From Alphaproteobacteria bacterium (GTDB lineage: Bacteria; Pseudomonadota; Alphaproteobacteria; Bin95), in NCBI GenBank assembly GCA_963665325.3, contig OZ224045.1:352001-416000 (forward strand): DNA of 64,000 nt. The letters run 5' to 3'. A model generated the notes under the pieces. The model saw nothing but the letters and a program-made list of their open reading frames with translations. It was not told where the DNA came from and did not search any database. Below are positions 1 through 10,397 of this stretch, in pieces. The translations under genes and the position numbers were made by a program. The first letter of the stretch is position 1. Each line of letters opens with the position of its first letter.

Positions 1-3
1 GGT

Positions 4-246
4 ATGCGACCGATCTTCGTGATGGTGAAATGCTCGCTCGGCAAGGCGTATGAGGTTGCCGACCGTCTGGCGCAGGAAGTCGAGCAGGCTTCGGAAATCT
101 ATTCCACATCCGGGCAGTACGACCTGCTGGTCAAGTGCTACCTCGAAGACGACGCGGACCCCGGCCACTTCGTAACCGAGCGTCTGCAAACGCTGCCGGG
201 CGTCACCGACACATTTACCCTGATTACCTTCAAGGCGTTTCGGTGA
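4..246 (+). CDS. Stand-alone Lrp/AsnC ligand-binding (RAM) domain protein
   Basis: 80 aa; SGQYDLLVK and LPGVTDTFT motifs typical of the AsnC C-terminal domain; no HTH; stop overlaps next GTG start. Confidence 0.8.
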   Translation: MRPIFVMVKCSLGKAYEVADRLAQEVEQASEIYSTSGQYDLLVKCYLEDDADPGHFVTERLQTLPGVTDTFTLITFKAFR

Positions 247-1292
247 CCGCCGACAACGACCCGTTGCCGGTCAGCGTCATCACCGGTTTTCTCGGTAGCG
301 GCAAGACTACCCTGCTATCGCGCCTGATCCGCCGGGACGGGATGGAGCGCACCGCCGTCGTCATCAACGAATTCGGCGAGGTCGGCCTCGATCACGAACT
401 GGTCGCGGCGTCGAGCGACGAGAACGTCGTGGTGATGGACTCCGGCTGCATCTGCTGCTCGATCCGGGGCGAGCTTGCCGAGACCCTGCGCGACCTGTTC
501 GGGCGCCGCGCACGGGAAGAGATTCCAGCCTTCGACCGCGTGGTGATCGAGACCACCGGCCTCGCCGATCCGGCTCCCGTGCTGCACACGCTGATGGCCG
601 ACCCGATGGTGGCGACCTGTTTCCGGCTCGACAGCGTGCTGGCCACGGTGGACGGTGTGCACGGCGACGGCCAGCTCGACCGGCACGAAGAATCGCTGAA
701 GCAGGCCGCAATGGCCGACCGGCTGCTGCTGACCAAGACGGACATTGCCGGGGAAGACGGCGTTTCCGCGCTGGAGGACCGCCTGGCCGGGATCAATCCG
801 AGCGCGCCGCGCTACCGCGTGGTCCAAGGAGAAATCGAGCCCGACCGGCTGTTCGGCGCCGGCCTTTACGACCCCGCCACCAAGTCGGTGGACGTCCGCA
901 ACTGGCTGCGCGAAGAGGCCTTTCACGCGCACGACCACCACCACGGTCATGACCACGACAGCCACAGCCATAGCGACCGGTTCCCCTCCTTCTGCCTGCG
1001 CCGGGAAGGCGCGTGTTCCTGGAACACATGGGTGGGCTTCCTGGAAGCGCTGATTACTTCCCACGGTGAATCCCTGCTTCGTCTCAAAGGCATATTGAAC
1101 GTGACCGGGCTGGAAACTCCGGTCGCCGTGCACGGCGTGCAGCACATGTTCCATCCGCCGGCAATCCTGGAAGCATGGCCTTCCGACGACCGCACCAGCC
1201 GGATCGTCTTTATCGGCGACGGGCTGTCGCAGACCGGCATCGAGAAAATGCTGAACGCCTGGATCGAGGCGGATGAGGGGGCGAACCCGTGA
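243..1292 (+). CDS. CobW/COG0523 family G3E GTPase metallochaperone
   Basis: GFLGSGKTT Walker A, NEFGE, GCICC metal motif, ETTGLADP, His-rich linker; GTG start at 243. Confidence 0.92.
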   Translation: MTADNDPLPVSVITGFLGSGKTTLLSRLIRRDGMERTAVVINEFGEVGLDHELVAASSDENVVVMDSGCICCSIRGELAETLRDLFGRRAREEIPAFDRVVIETTGLADPAPVLHTLMADPMVATCFRLDSVLATVDGVHGDGQLDRHEESLKQAAMADRLLLTKTDIAGEDGVSALEDRLAGINPSAPRYRVVQGEIEPDRLFGAGLYDPATKSVDVRNWLREEAFHAHDHHHGHDHDSHSHSDRFPSFCLRREGACSWNTWVGFLEALITSHGESLLRLKGILNVTGLETPVAVHGVQHMFHPPAILEAWPSDDRTSRIVFIGDGLSQTGIEKMLNAWIEADEGANP

Positions 1293-2383
1293 AAATCGCG
1301 AATATCGAGACCGTCACACTGTCGATCCCGTTCGATCACGGGGGTCCGCCTACGGGCTTCGGCGGCACGGAATGGCGCAATCTCGACACACTGCTCATCA
1401 GGGTTGAGACCGATGAGGGCCATGTCGGCTGGGGCGAAGCGTTCGGCTTCAACGCGATTCCCTCGACGCGCGCGGCGCTGGAGACGATGATCGCCCCGCT
1501 CGTCATCGGTCGGGACGCGGGCGACATCGCCGCGCTGCATTTCGAACTCCAGCAAATGCTCCATATTTTCGGTCGGTACGGACAGACGATCTTCGCCCTT
1601 TCGGGCCTCGACATCGCACTCTGGGACATTGCCGCCAAGGCAGCGGGCATGCCTTTGCACCGGCTGCTCGGCGGTGCGCAGCGCATGTCGCTAGAGGCTT
1701 ATGCCAGCCTGCTGCGTTATTTCGAGCCCGATCTCGTCGGTGAGCGCTGCGCCGACGCCGCCTCACAGGGTTTCGGATGGGTCAAGCTGCACGAACGTAT
1801 GGAACCCGCCGTGGCCGCTGCCCGCGGCGCCATTCCGGCCGAAACGAAATTGATGGTGGACACCAACTGTCCGTGGACGCTCGCGGAAGCCATGGCAAAG
1901 GCAGAGTCCTTCGAGCCGCACGATGTGCACTGGCTCGAAGAGCCGATGTGGCCGCCGGAAAATTTTGCGGGCCTCGCAGAACTACGCGGCATGACCGACA
2001 TGGGTATTGCAGCGGGCGAGAACCTCTGCACCGCTTGGCAATTTCAGGCAATGCTCCAGGCCGAGGCGGTGGACGTGGCCCAGCCCAGCGTCACGAAAGT
2101 CGGCGGCGTGACCGAGATGCGCAAGATCGAGACACTCTGCAACCTGCACAATGTCCGCTATGTGCCGCACTCGCCCTATTTCGGGCCGGGCTTCCTCGCG
2201 ACGCTGCACCTGCTTGCCGTCGCGGACGCAGAGGAACCGGTCGAGCGGTTCTTCGGCGTGCACGAGGCGGAAATCTTCGGCGATCTCTGCAGGGTCGAAG
2301 ACGGGCGCATCGCGGTGCCGGACGGTCCCGGACTCGGGGCGGACCCGAGCCCGGAAGTCCTGCGGGATTACGCCGTCGCCTGA
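1289..2383 (+). CDS. Mandelate racemase/muconate lactonizing enzyme family (enolase superfamily)
   Basis: GWGE, GLDIALWDI, MVDTN..WLEEP..GEN metal ligands, PDGPGLG C-terminus. Confidence 0.9.
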   Translation: MKIANIETVTLSIPFDHGGPPTGFGGTEWRNLDTLLIRVETDEGHVGWGEAFGFNAIPSTRAALETMIAPLVIGRDAGDIAALHFELQQMLHIFGRYGQTIFALSGLDIALWDIAAKAAGMPLHRLLGGAQRMSLEAYASLLRYFEPDLVGERCADAASQGFGWVKLHERMEPAVAAARGAIPAETKLMVDTNCPWTLAEAMAKAESFEPHDVHWLEEPMWPPENFAGLAELRGMTDMGIAAGENLCTAWQFQAMLQAEAVDVAQPSVTKVGGVTEMRKIETLCNLHNVRYVPHSPYFGPGFLATLHLLAVADAEEPVERFFGVHEAEIFGDLCRVEDGRIAVPDGPGLGADPSPEVLRDYAVA

Positions 2384-2395
2384 ACGGTTTTCTGC

Positions 2396-2917
2396 CTATT
2401 CCTGAGGATAGCGCCAGGGCGTATCCGGCTGTTCGGCGTCCTCGTCGATGGTCCATTGCGGCAGTGAGAAGCCGTCCGCCACCTTCGAGAACACCATCCG
2501 GACGCGCGTGCCGATCCCGACCGACTTGACCGTCTCCGGCGGCACAAACTCGCCGTCGGCCGTGACGAGGTTGCCGGCGACCCGCAGCGCCTCATGCTCC
2601 GAGGGCTCGCCCTTCTGCGTGTCAAGATCGACCAGCAGGATCATGTAGGGGACCTTGTCGCGAAAGGCCGGTTGAATCGGGTGGTGCACCTCGACATAGG
2701 AATGCACCGCTCCCCTGCCCTCGACGGGGACCCAGTCGTATTCGCGGTCCGTGCTCCAGGGACAGGCCGTTGTCGGCGGGTAGCGCAGCAGGCCGCTTTC
2801 CGGGCTCCGTTGCAGGCGGAACTCGCCCTTGTCGCACCAAGAGAAGAACTCCCGATTCTCCCGGTCCACGTCGTCCACGGTGAGCATCATGCCCATATAT
2901 TCGCCTTGAACAGGCAT
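2396..2917 (-). CDS. DUF35/ChsH2-like OB-fold protein, partner of adjacent thiolase-like protein
   Basis: LRYPP..CPWS, GRGAVHSY, VPY..LVDLD, IGTRVRMVF pattern; directly downstream of thiolase-like gene. Confidence 0.8.
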   Translation of the reverse strand: MPVQGEYMGMMLTVDDVDRENREFFSWCDKGEFRLQRSPESGLLRYPPTTACPWSTDREYDWVPVEGRGAVHSYVEVHHPIQPAFRDKVPYMILLVDLDTQKGEPSEHEALRVAGNLVTADGEFVPPETVKSVGIGTRVRMVFSKVADGFSLPQWTIDEDAEQPDTPWRYPQE

Positions 2918-2931
2918 CGTTGCTCTCCCCC

Positions 2932-4200
2932 TCAGCGCGCGTCTTTTGTCATGATCATGGCGGAGCCGGTCGCCGGCATGGCCCAGCCGAGATTGGCCGT
3001 CAGCTCCACATCCTTCACCTGCCGGCAGCCGCCTTCGCTGTAGTCGTAGGTGTGCTGCTTCCTGCCGTCCGGCCCGACGGGGCAGCTGTCGTCCACCTCG
3101 CCCCGCAGCTGGCGGGTGTTTTCGATCACCATGTTCATGCCGTGGGTGTAGCCCTCGCAGAGATGGCCGCCGGAGGTGTTGTTCGGCCGCTTGCCGCCGA
3201 GCTCGATGATGCCCGACGACACATAGTCGCCGCCCTCCCCCTTCTTGCAGAAACCGTAATCCTCAAGCTGCAGCATGGTGGTGAAGGTGAAGGCGTCGTA
3301 GGAGCCGGTCAGGTCTATGTCTTCCGGCGTCACGCCCGCATTGGGGAACAGGATGTCCTTGGCGTAGTGGCCGGCGACGGTCGAGATCGGCCCGTGCTGG
3401 TAGTGCATGTCGATGCGCGGCTTGCAGCACCGCCCAACCACTGACTGGATGACCGCCGGCGGATTGCGGCAGTCGCGCGCCCGGTCGAGCCGGGTGACGA
3501 TGACGCAGGTGGCGTTATCCGTTTCGACGCAGCAGTCGAGCAGGTGCAGCGGCTTGCAGATGATGCGGCTGCCGACGACGTCGTCCACCGTCAGGCGGTT
3601 CTTGTAATAGGCCTTCGGGTTGTTGGACGCATGCTTGGAATGCGCGACCTTGACCGCCGCTACCTGCTCAGGCTTGGTTCCATAGTCGTACATGTGACGC
3701 AGGAAGGTCGGGGCGAACATCTGCCCGGCGCTCTGCCAGCCATAGGCGCGGTGATGGATCTGGTCGCCATTGATCGGCACGGCCGACCGCGCGCCCGTGC
3801 CGCCGATGCGCACCTGGCTGTAGCCGTTCATGGAGCGGAAGATCGCCACGGTCTTGCACATGCCGGCTTCGATGACGCCGATGGCGATGCCGATCAGCGC
3901 CTCGGTCGAGGAGCCGCCGCCATGCACGTCCATGTAGAAGTTCAACCGGATTCCGAGATCGCCCGCGACGAAGGGCGCGAACACCGAATCGTTGCCGGAA
4001 TAGCTCAACATGCCATCGATATCGCCCGGCGCCAGGCCGGCGTCGTCCATGGCGTTCTTGATCGCCCAGGTAGCGAGCGAGCGGGTCGAGTATTCGGAGC
4101 CGCGCATATAGGCGGTCTCCCCGACCCCGGCGATGGCGTATCGCCCGCGGAGATGCTTCGGCGACGAGGTATCGACGTCGCTTACGCTGGACAAGGTCAT
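2932..4200 (-). CDS. SCP2/Ltp2-type thiolase-superfamily protein (probable aldolase)
   Basis: AIAGVGET, PLHLLDCC.ETD, YDAFT, NTSGGHLCEGYTHG; start taken at ATG 4200. Confidence 0.85.
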   Translation of the reverse strand: MTLSSVSDVDTSSPKHLRGRYAIAGVGETAYMRGSEYSTRSLATWAIKNAMDDAGLAPGDIDGMLSYSGNDSVFAPFVAGDLGIRLNFYMDVHGGGSSTEALIGIAIGVIEAGMCKTVAIFRSMNGYSQVRIGGTGARSAVPINGDQIHHRAYGWQSAGQMFAPTFLRHMYDYGTKPEQVAAVKVAHSKHASNNPKAYYKNRLTVDDVVGSRIICKPLHLLDCCVETDNATCVIVTRLDRARDCRNPPAVIQSVVGRCCKPRIDMHYQHGPISTVAGHYAKDILFPNAGVTPEDIDLTGSYDAFTFTTMLQLEDYGFCKKGEGGDYVSSGIIELGGKRPNNTSGGHLCEGYTHGMNMVIENTRQLRGEVDDSCPVGPDGRKQHTYDYSEGGCRQVKDVELTANLGWAMPATGSAMIMTKDAR

Positions 4201-4256
4201 GGGTGTGCTTTCTCCATTTGCAGTCTTTCGAAGATAGTGCGGGTATTGCGCGGGTG

Positions 4257-4991
4257 TCAGACGCCCTCGGCGGACCAGCCGCCGTCCACGGGAATCGTGA
4301 CCCCGGTGACGAAACCGGCCGCGTCGGACGCCAGAAAGAGAGCCGTCCCGGCCATTTCCTCCGGTTGTCCCCAACGGCCCATCGGCGTGCGCTCCATGAT
4401 TTTCCGGTTGACCGGCTCGTTGGCCTGCACGGGGGCGGTGAGCTTGGTCGCTATCCAGCCTGGTGCGATCCCGTTGACGCGGATGCCGTCCGACGCCCAG
4501 GCGGATGCGAGCGATTGCGTAAGCTGGAGAATGCCGGCCTTGGACGCGCCGTAGCCCGGCCCGCGCGGCGACGAGAAATAGCTTGTCATGGACGCGATGT
4601 TGACGATCGAGCCGCCCGAGGCCGCCAGCTGCTCCCGGAACGCATGCGACATGCGGTAAGCGCCGTTCAGGTTGACCTGCACGGTGTGTTCGAAATTGTC
4701 CGGCTCGAAGGCCGCCGGGCCGCGCACGGTGGTGCCGGCCGAGTTGACCAGCACATCGAGCGCCGGCATGTCGCCTGCCAGCGCGAGGATGCCGTCATTG
4801 TCGGTCATGTCGAGCCGGCGGTAGGTCATGCCCGAAAGCTCGTCGGGATAGTCCTCCGGGCCGCCCCGCGTGCCGAGAACGGTGACTGCCGCCCCGGCGT
4901 CGCGGAAACCGACGGCTATGGCCCGGCCGATCCCGCTCGAACCGCCCGTCACCAGCACGGTCTTGCCCGAATAATCGAATTTCGCGGTCAT
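4257..4991 (-). CDS. SDR family NAD(P)-dependent oxidoreductase
   Basis: TGGSSGIG, NSAG, YGASK, VNGIAPG, VDGG. Confidence 0.93.
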   Translation of the reverse strand: MTAKFDYSGKTVLVTGGSSGIGRAIAVGFRDAGAAVTVLGTRGGPEDYPDELSGMTYRRLDMTDNDGILALAGDMPALDVLVNSAGTTVRGPAAFEPDNFEHTVQVNLNGAYRMSHAFREQLAASGGSIVNIASMTSYFSSPRGPGYGASKAGILQLTQSLASAWASDGIRVNGIAPGWIATKLTAPVQANEPVNRKIMERTPMGRWGQPEEMAGTALFLASDAAGFVTGVTIPVDGGWSAEGV

Positions 4992-5110
4992 CCCCTCCCC
5001 TCCCCGAGTCCGGCGCCGCCCTTATTCTGGCATGGCGGACGCTGCCGCGCACCCTTGCAGCGGGTCATTCGCCAGCGCAATATTCGCAAGGACGAGCGAG
5101 GAGAGGTTTC

Positions 5111-6007
5111 ATGGTCGGCATCGCCGCTTTGGACAGCACTTTGGGCGCGCGGGTAACGGATGTTGCGCTCGGCGATATGAGCCCAGCCGAGTGGCGCGAG
5201 GTCGAGGACGCTTTCCACGAATACGGGGCGCTGGTCTTTCCGGCCCAGCATTTGTCGGACGATGAGCATATCGCGTTCGGGGAACGGTTCGGCGACATCG
5301 AAATCCTGCGCGACGGGGCCAAGGCGGTGCGCGTCTCCAACAGGAAGGACGACGGCAGCCTGATGAAACCGGAGGAGAAGCGTTACCAGACACTGCGCGG
5401 CAATGAAGGCTGGCACACCGACAGCTCCTACATGCCGCTTGCCGCCAAGGCGTCGGCGCTTGCCGCGGAAATAACCCCTTCGAAGGGCGGCGAAACCGAA
5501 CTGGCCGACATGCGCGCCGCCTACGATTCGCTGGACGACGACACCAAAGAACGCATTGCCGGCCTCTCCGCCTATCACTCGCTTTATGCCTCGCAAGCGA
5601 AAGCGGGCTTTAGATTCAACACCGGAGAAGGCTACGGCTACCACACAAGGGGAGCGCCGTTGCGGCCGCTGGTGAAATCGCACCCCGTCACCGGCAGAAA
5701 GTCGCTGTTTATCGGGCGCCACGCTTTCCGGATTCCGGGCATGGCGGACGAAGACGCCCAGGCGCTGCTCGACGGACTGCTGGATCGTGCCTGCCGGGCG
5801 CCGCGGACCTATTCGCACGCCTGGGAGCCCGGCGACCTGATGATCTGGGACAACCGCTGCATCCTGCACCGCGCCATGCCGTACGACTACAACGAGCCCC
5901 GCGTGTTGCGCCATGTCCGCGTCGCAGGCGATCCGGCGAGCGAATTGGTCGAGACCGGACAGGATGAACGCGCCGACGCCTTCGAGCCGGCAGCAACCAA
6001 CCGCTGA
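5111..6007 (+). CDS. TauD/TfdA family 2OG-Fe(II) dioxygenase
   Basis: WHTDSSY, HPVTGRKSL, WDNRCILHRA. Confidence 0.92.
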   Translation: MVGIAALDSTLGARVTDVALGDMSPAEWREVEDAFHEYGALVFPAQHLSDDEHIAFGERFGDIEILRDGAKAVRVSNRKDDGSLMKPEEKRYQTLRGNEGWHTDSSYMPLAAKASALAAEITPSKGGETELADMRAAYDSLDDDTKERIAGLSAYHSLYASQAKAGFRFNTGEGYGYHTRGAPLRPLVKSHPVTGRKSLFIGRHAFRIPGMADEDAQALLDGLLDRACRAPRTYSHAWEPGDLMIWDNRCILHRAMPYDYNEPRVLRHVRVAGDPASELVETGQDERADAFEPAATNR

Positions 6008-6031
6008 GCAGCGGACGGGAGGCCATCGAGA

Positions 6032-7198
6032 ATGTCAGCCCTGTCCCTCTATGACGCTCCGTCCGTGGACTACGGCGCCGCCGAACCCGAAATGGCGCGC
6101 TATCGCGAGGCCGGGACGGCGCGGGCGCTCGCTCTGGACAACAGGGGGCCGCTGCGCCTCGGCCCGGACGGCGCGCTCGACCCGGCGATCCTGGAGTCCT
6201 ATTGGCGGCACGGCTTCTACATTTTCGAGGGCGCGCTGACTGCCGACGAGCTTGCGGACATCGAGCGCGACCTTGCCGACCTTCTGGAACGTGCGCCGAT
6301 GTCCCCGGGCGCGGAAACGGACAAGCATGGCCAACCTGCTTTCGACTACGGCAGAAAAGGCAGGGGCATCGGCTGGGTAAAGCCATTGTCGGACCCGGTT
6401 GGCGGCACCGATTACGCCTACGGCCGCCATCCGGCGAAGATGCTGGAGCCGGAGGCGCCAGGCGGCGCTCCGTCCCATGTGCTGCAACTCATCCATGGCT
6501 CGCTGCAATATTCCGAGGCATGCCTGCGCCTCTACGGCCATCCCGGGCTTCTGAAGGTGGCCGAGGCCGTAAACGGAAACGATTTCACACCGTTCAACGA
6601 GGCGATCTGGATCAAGCATCCGCACCTCGGCGGATCCGTCGCCTGGCACCAGGACGGCTGGACCCACTGGGACAGCCCGGAACTGGACGAGGGCAGCCAC
6701 GGCTTCAACTTCATGGCGCAGCTTTATGGATGCGACGCGGTGAACGGCCTCTGGGTGGTTCCCGGATCGCACCGCGGCGCGAGGGCGGACATAAAGGCGA
6801 TGGTGGCGGCCGCCGGTTCGGACCGACTGCCGGATGCCGTGCCGCTCGTTTGCGCGCCGGGCGATGTGGCTATCGTGAACAGGCAGGCCCTCCACGGCTC
6901 CTTCGCCAATACCGGCTCGAAGCCGCGTGTGACGCTGAACATGGGTTTCCACCGGCGGCGGTTCGTGCTGAACGTGGAGACGGGCGGCGTGCACAACCCG
7001 GTTGCCTATTACGATGCCGACTACATCCGGCGCCGGGCGCGGCTCATCCTGTACGCGATCGACGCGCGGCGCCAACGCTGGCCGGACGAGGAACCCTATC
7101 GCTATGAGCCTCTCGCCGACGAGGCGGAACGCTATCGCTGGACGCCGGCGACAATGGAAGAAATTCGCGACTACAATCTGGAAGACATCGGGATCTAG
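6032..7198 (+). CDS. Phytanoyl-CoA dioxygenase (PhyH) family protein
   Basis: WHQDG, NGLWVVPGSH, PGDV..LHGS..N..R. Confidence 0.88.
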   Translation: MSALSLYDAPSVDYGAAEPEMARYREAGTARALALDNRGPLRLGPDGALDPAILESYWRHGFYIFEGALTADELADIERDLADLLERAPMSPGAETDKHGQPAFDYGRKGRGIGWVKPLSDPVGGTDYAYGRHPAKMLEPEAPGGAPSHVLQLIHGSLQYSEACLRLYGHPGLLKVAEAVNGNDFTPFNEAIWIKHPHLGGSVAWHQDGWTHWDSPELDEGSHGFNFMAQLYGCDAVNGLWVVPGSHRGARADIKAMVAAAGSDRLPDAVPLVCAPGDVAIVNRQALHGSFANTGSKPRVTLNMGFHRRRFVLNVETGGVHNPVAYYDADYIRRRARLILYAIDARRQRWPDEEPYRYEPLADEAERYRWTPATMEEIRDYNLEDIGI

Positions 7199-7227
7199 GG
7201 CCCGACGGTGACCGGACGGAGGCGACG

Positions 7228-8016
7228 ATGGAATTGACGGCACAGCAGATCGACAGGTTTCAGGAGGACGGCTTCCTTATCTTTCCGGGGCTGTTTTCGG
7301 CCGAAGAGGTTGCGCGGCTGCGGGAGGAAGCGGAACGGGTTGCAGGGCTCGATGCTGAATGCGTTTTCCGCGAGGGTTCGAGCGGTGTGCCGAAGACGAT
7401 GTTCCGCCTCCACGCCGACGACGGCCCGACGGCCTCTCCTGCTTATCGCGCCGCCGCCCATGCGCCCCGCATTCTGCGGCCGGCCCAGCAGGCGATCGGC
7501 ACGGACGAGGTCTATATCCACCACTGCAAGGTCAACATGAAGGCAGCCATTGAGGGCAGCGCATGGCCCTGGCACCAGGATTTCGGGACCTGGCATCTGG
7601 ACGGAATCGACCAGCCGTCCCTGGCTACCTTCCTGGTGATGCTGGACGAAGCGACGGAGATGAACGGCTGCCTCTATTTCCTGCCGGGCAGCCACCGCGA
7701 CGGGCGCGTCGATCCCTATTTCGATAACTCGACCTCTTACAGCCTTTGGGCATCGACGCCGGAAACCATGAAGGCCGCGATGAACGCCCTGCCCGAGCCA
7801 GTTGCGGTGACGGGGCCGCCGGGAACGGCCGCCCTGTTCCATTGCAACCTGCTGCACGCTTCGGGCCACAACCTCTCGGCAACGGACCGCTGGCATGCCT
7901 ATTTCTGCTTCAACGCCTGCGCCAACCGGCCCCGGGATGTGGAGAACCCGCGCCCGGACTATGTGCGCTCGACCGACTGGCGCCCGATGGCAGCGGGAGC
8001 GGACGCAATTTCCTGA
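7228..8016 (+). CDS. PhyH family 2OG-Fe(II) hydroxylase (ectoine/proline hydroxylase-like)
   Basis: FQEDGFL, KVNMK, WHQDF, NGCLYFLPGSH, LLHASGHN; GGAGG RBS. Confidence 0.88.
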   Translation: MELTAQQIDRFQEDGFLIFPGLFSAEEVARLREEAERVAGLDAECVFREGSSGVPKTMFRLHADDGPTASPAYRAAAHAPRILRPAQQAIGTDEVYIHHCKVNMKAAIEGSAWPWHQDFGTWHLDGIDQPSLATFLVMLDEATEMNGCLYFLPGSHRDGRVDPYFDNSTSYSLWASTPETMKAAMNALPEPVAVTGPPGTAALFHCNLLHASGHNLSATDRWHAYFCFNACANRPRDVENPRPDYVRSTDWRPMAAGADAIS

Positions 8017-8028
8017 CCGGCCGCGGGC

Positions 8029-9276
8029 CTATGCGGCCCGGACCAGCACATGGCGTTTGCGGCCGGCCGACAGCTTGATCGCGTCCTGCCCTTCCAGGTC
8101 CGCGAGACCGATCAGCCGGTCTTCGCTGGCGACGGGCGTGTCGTTGAGGCGCGCACCGCCACCTCTTATGAGCCGCCGCGCCGCGCCGCCGGTATCCGCG
8201 AGACCCGCCTGACGAAAAAGCGCGAAGGCCGGAATACCGGCTTCAAGCTCCGCGCGCGGAACCGTTATTTCCGGCAGTCCTTCCGCCGATTCGCCCTGCT
8301 CGAAGGTCCGTCGGGCCGTTTCAGCTGCCAGACGCGAAGCATCGGCGCCATGGCAAAGTACGGTCGCCGCGTCGGCAAGCGCTTTCTTGGCGTCGTTCAG
8401 TTCCCGGCCTTCCAACGCCTCCAACCGGGCGATCTCATCCATCGGAAGTTCGGTAAACAGGCGCAGGAAGCGGCCGACATCGCTGTCTTCCGTATTGCGC
8501 CAGAACTGCCAGTAGTCGTAGGGCGAAACCCGCTCGGCATTGAGCCAGACGGCGCCGCTCGCCGTCTTGCCCATCTTGGCGCCGCTCGCGGTTGCGATCA
8601 GCGGCGTCGTGAGGCCGAACAATTCGACACCTTCCGCGCGGCGTCCGAGATCGATGCCGCTTACAATATTGCCCCACTGGTCCGATCCGCCCATCTGCAG
8701 CCGGCAGCCGAAGCGACGCGCCAGTTCGGCGAAGTCGTAGGACTGCAGCACCGCGTAATTGAACTCGAGGAAGCTCAACGGCTGCTGCCGGTCGAGGCGC
8801 AGGCGCACACTATCCATCGAGAGCATGCGGTTCACGGAGAAATATCTCCCGTATTCCCTCAGGAACGGGATATAGGACAGGCTGTCCAACCAGTCCGCAT
8901 TGTTGACCATCAGGGCGTCCGACGCCCCGTCACCGAAGGTCAGGAACTTCTCGAACACGCGCCGGATGCCGGCCATGTTCGCGGCGATCTGCTCGTCCGA
9001 AAGCAGCGGCCGCGCATCTTCCTTTCCGGACGGATCACCGACCTTCGTCGTCCCGCCGCCCATCAATACGATGGGCTTGTGGCCCGCCTGCTGGTACCGG
9101 CGCAGCAGCATGATCGACACCAGCGAGCCGACATGGAGGCTGTCGGCCGTGCAGTCGAAGCCGATATAGGCCGGCACGGACGGCCCCTCCAACAGCGAGG
9201 CAAGCCCGGGAGCATCGGTGCATTGATGCAGGGAGCCCCGCTCGCGAATGGTTTCCAGAAAGGACGGCTCGGTCAT
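8029..9276 (-). CDS. tyrS: Tyrosine--tRNA ligase
   Basis: [15 protein letters not shown] (HIGH), [16 protein letters not shown]-terminal S4 domain. Confidence 0.97.
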   Translation of the reverse strand: MTEPSFLETIRERGSLHQCTDAPGLASLLEGPSVPAYIGFDCTADSLHVGSLVSIMLLRRYQQAGHKPIVLMGGGTTKVGDPSGKEDARPLLSDEQIAANMAGIRRVFEKFLTFGDGASDALMVNNADWLDSLSYIPFLREYGRYFSVNRMLSMDSVRLRLDRQQPLSFLEFNYAVLQSYDFAELARRFGCRLQMGGSDQWGNIVSGIDLGRRAEGVELFGLTTPLIATASGAKMGKTASGAVWLNAERVSPYDYWQFWRNTEDSDVGRFLRLFTELPMDEIARLEALEGRELNDAKKALADAATVLCHGADASRLAAETARRTFEQGESAEGLPEITVPRAELEAGIPAFALFRQAGLADTGGAARRLIRGGGARLNDTPVASEDRLIGLADLEGQDAIKLSAGRKRHVLVRAA

Positions 9277-9353
9277 CGGTCTCACTGTTCGGAAGGGGCG
9301 AAGCGCCGTTTATCATGGCGACCGGAAGCCGACAACGAAGCTGGGCGCATCCT

Positions 9354-10397
9354 ATGGACCTGACGATAGGCCTGATGAGCGGCACCTCGATGGACGGGGT
9401 GGACGCGGCTCTTCTGGAGACTGACGGCGAAGATGCAATCCGGCCGCTGTGTTTCATCTCCCTGCCCTATTACGAGACAGAGCGAGCTACCATCCGCGCG
9501 GCACTGGGCGCCGGGGATGGAAAGAAAGTTCGCGCCGCCGGGACAGTCGTGACGGACGCGCATATTCGCGCCGTCTTTCACCTGTTGGAAAAGACCGGTT
9601 CGCAGAGCATCGCGGCCATCGCCTTCCACGGCCATACGCTGGACCACCGCCCTCAGGACCGTTTCACCTTGCAGATCGGCGACGCTGCCCGCCTTGCACG
9701 GGAGACCGGCATCCCGGTCATCGCCGATTTCCGCAGTGCGGATGTCGCGGCCGGCGGCCAGGGCGCACCGCTTGCGCCGGTGTATCACCGCGCCCGCCTG
9801 GCCGGACAGGGGCGTCCCATTGCAGTGCTCAATATCGGTGGCGTCGCCAATGTCACCTGGATCGGGAGGGACGGCGCGATGCTCGCCTTCGATACCGGGC
9901 CCGGCAACGCGCTGCTCGACGACTGGTGCCGCCGCCATACAGGCGAGCCCATGGACCGGGACGGGAGGCTGGCGGCGCGGGGGCGTGTCGATGAGAGCGT
10001 GTTGGAGCAGCTTCTGGACCACCCCTATTTTGCCGCCCCGCCGCCGAAATCGCTCGACCGGCAGAGCTTTTCTTCCGCGCCTGTCGAGGCCCTCTCGCCA
10101 GCCGACGGTGCTGCGACGCTTGCCGCCTTCACCGTCGCTGCCGTCGCGCGCGCACCGCTCCCGGAGCCTCCGAGCCGTTGGATCGTGTCCGGCGGCGGAC
10201 GGCGGAACCCGGTGCTGATGGCCGCCCTGCCCGGTGCGGCCGAGCCGGCCGAGGCACTTGGCTGGGACGGAGACGCGCTGGAAGCGGAGGCTTTCGCCTA
10301 TCTCGCCGCCCGGAAGCTCAGGAACCTGCCGGCGAGCTTCCCCGGCACCACCGGCTGCCCGGCCCCGATGACGGCGGGACGGCTATTTCCGCCGTGA
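9354..10397 (+). CDS. anmK: Anhydro-N-acetylmuramic acid kinase
   Basis: GLMSGTSMDGVD, DFRSADVAAGGQGAPL, NIGGVAN, FDTGPGN, EAEAFAYLA; divergent from tyrS. Confidence 0.95.
   Translation: MDLTIGLMSGTSMDGVDAALLETDGEDAIRPLCFISLPYYETERATIRAALGAGDGKKVRAAGTVVTDAHIRAVFHLLEKTGSQSIAAIAFHGHTLDHRPQDRFTLQIGDAARLARETGIPVIADFRSADVAAGGQGAPLAPVYHRARLAGQGRPIAVLNIGGVANVTWIGRDGAMLAFDTGPGNALLDDWCRRHTGEPMDRDGRLAARGRVDESVLEQLLDHPYFAAPPPKSLDRQSFSSAPVEALSPADGAATLAAFTVAAVARAPLPEPPSRWIVSGGGRRNPVLMAALPGAAEPAEALGWDGDALEAEAFAYLAARKLRNLPASFPGTTGCPAPMTAGRLFPP

Noticed and set aside
923-972. CAC/GAC-rich repetitive stretch
   Set aside because: Encodes the ordinary His-rich linker of COG0523 proteins
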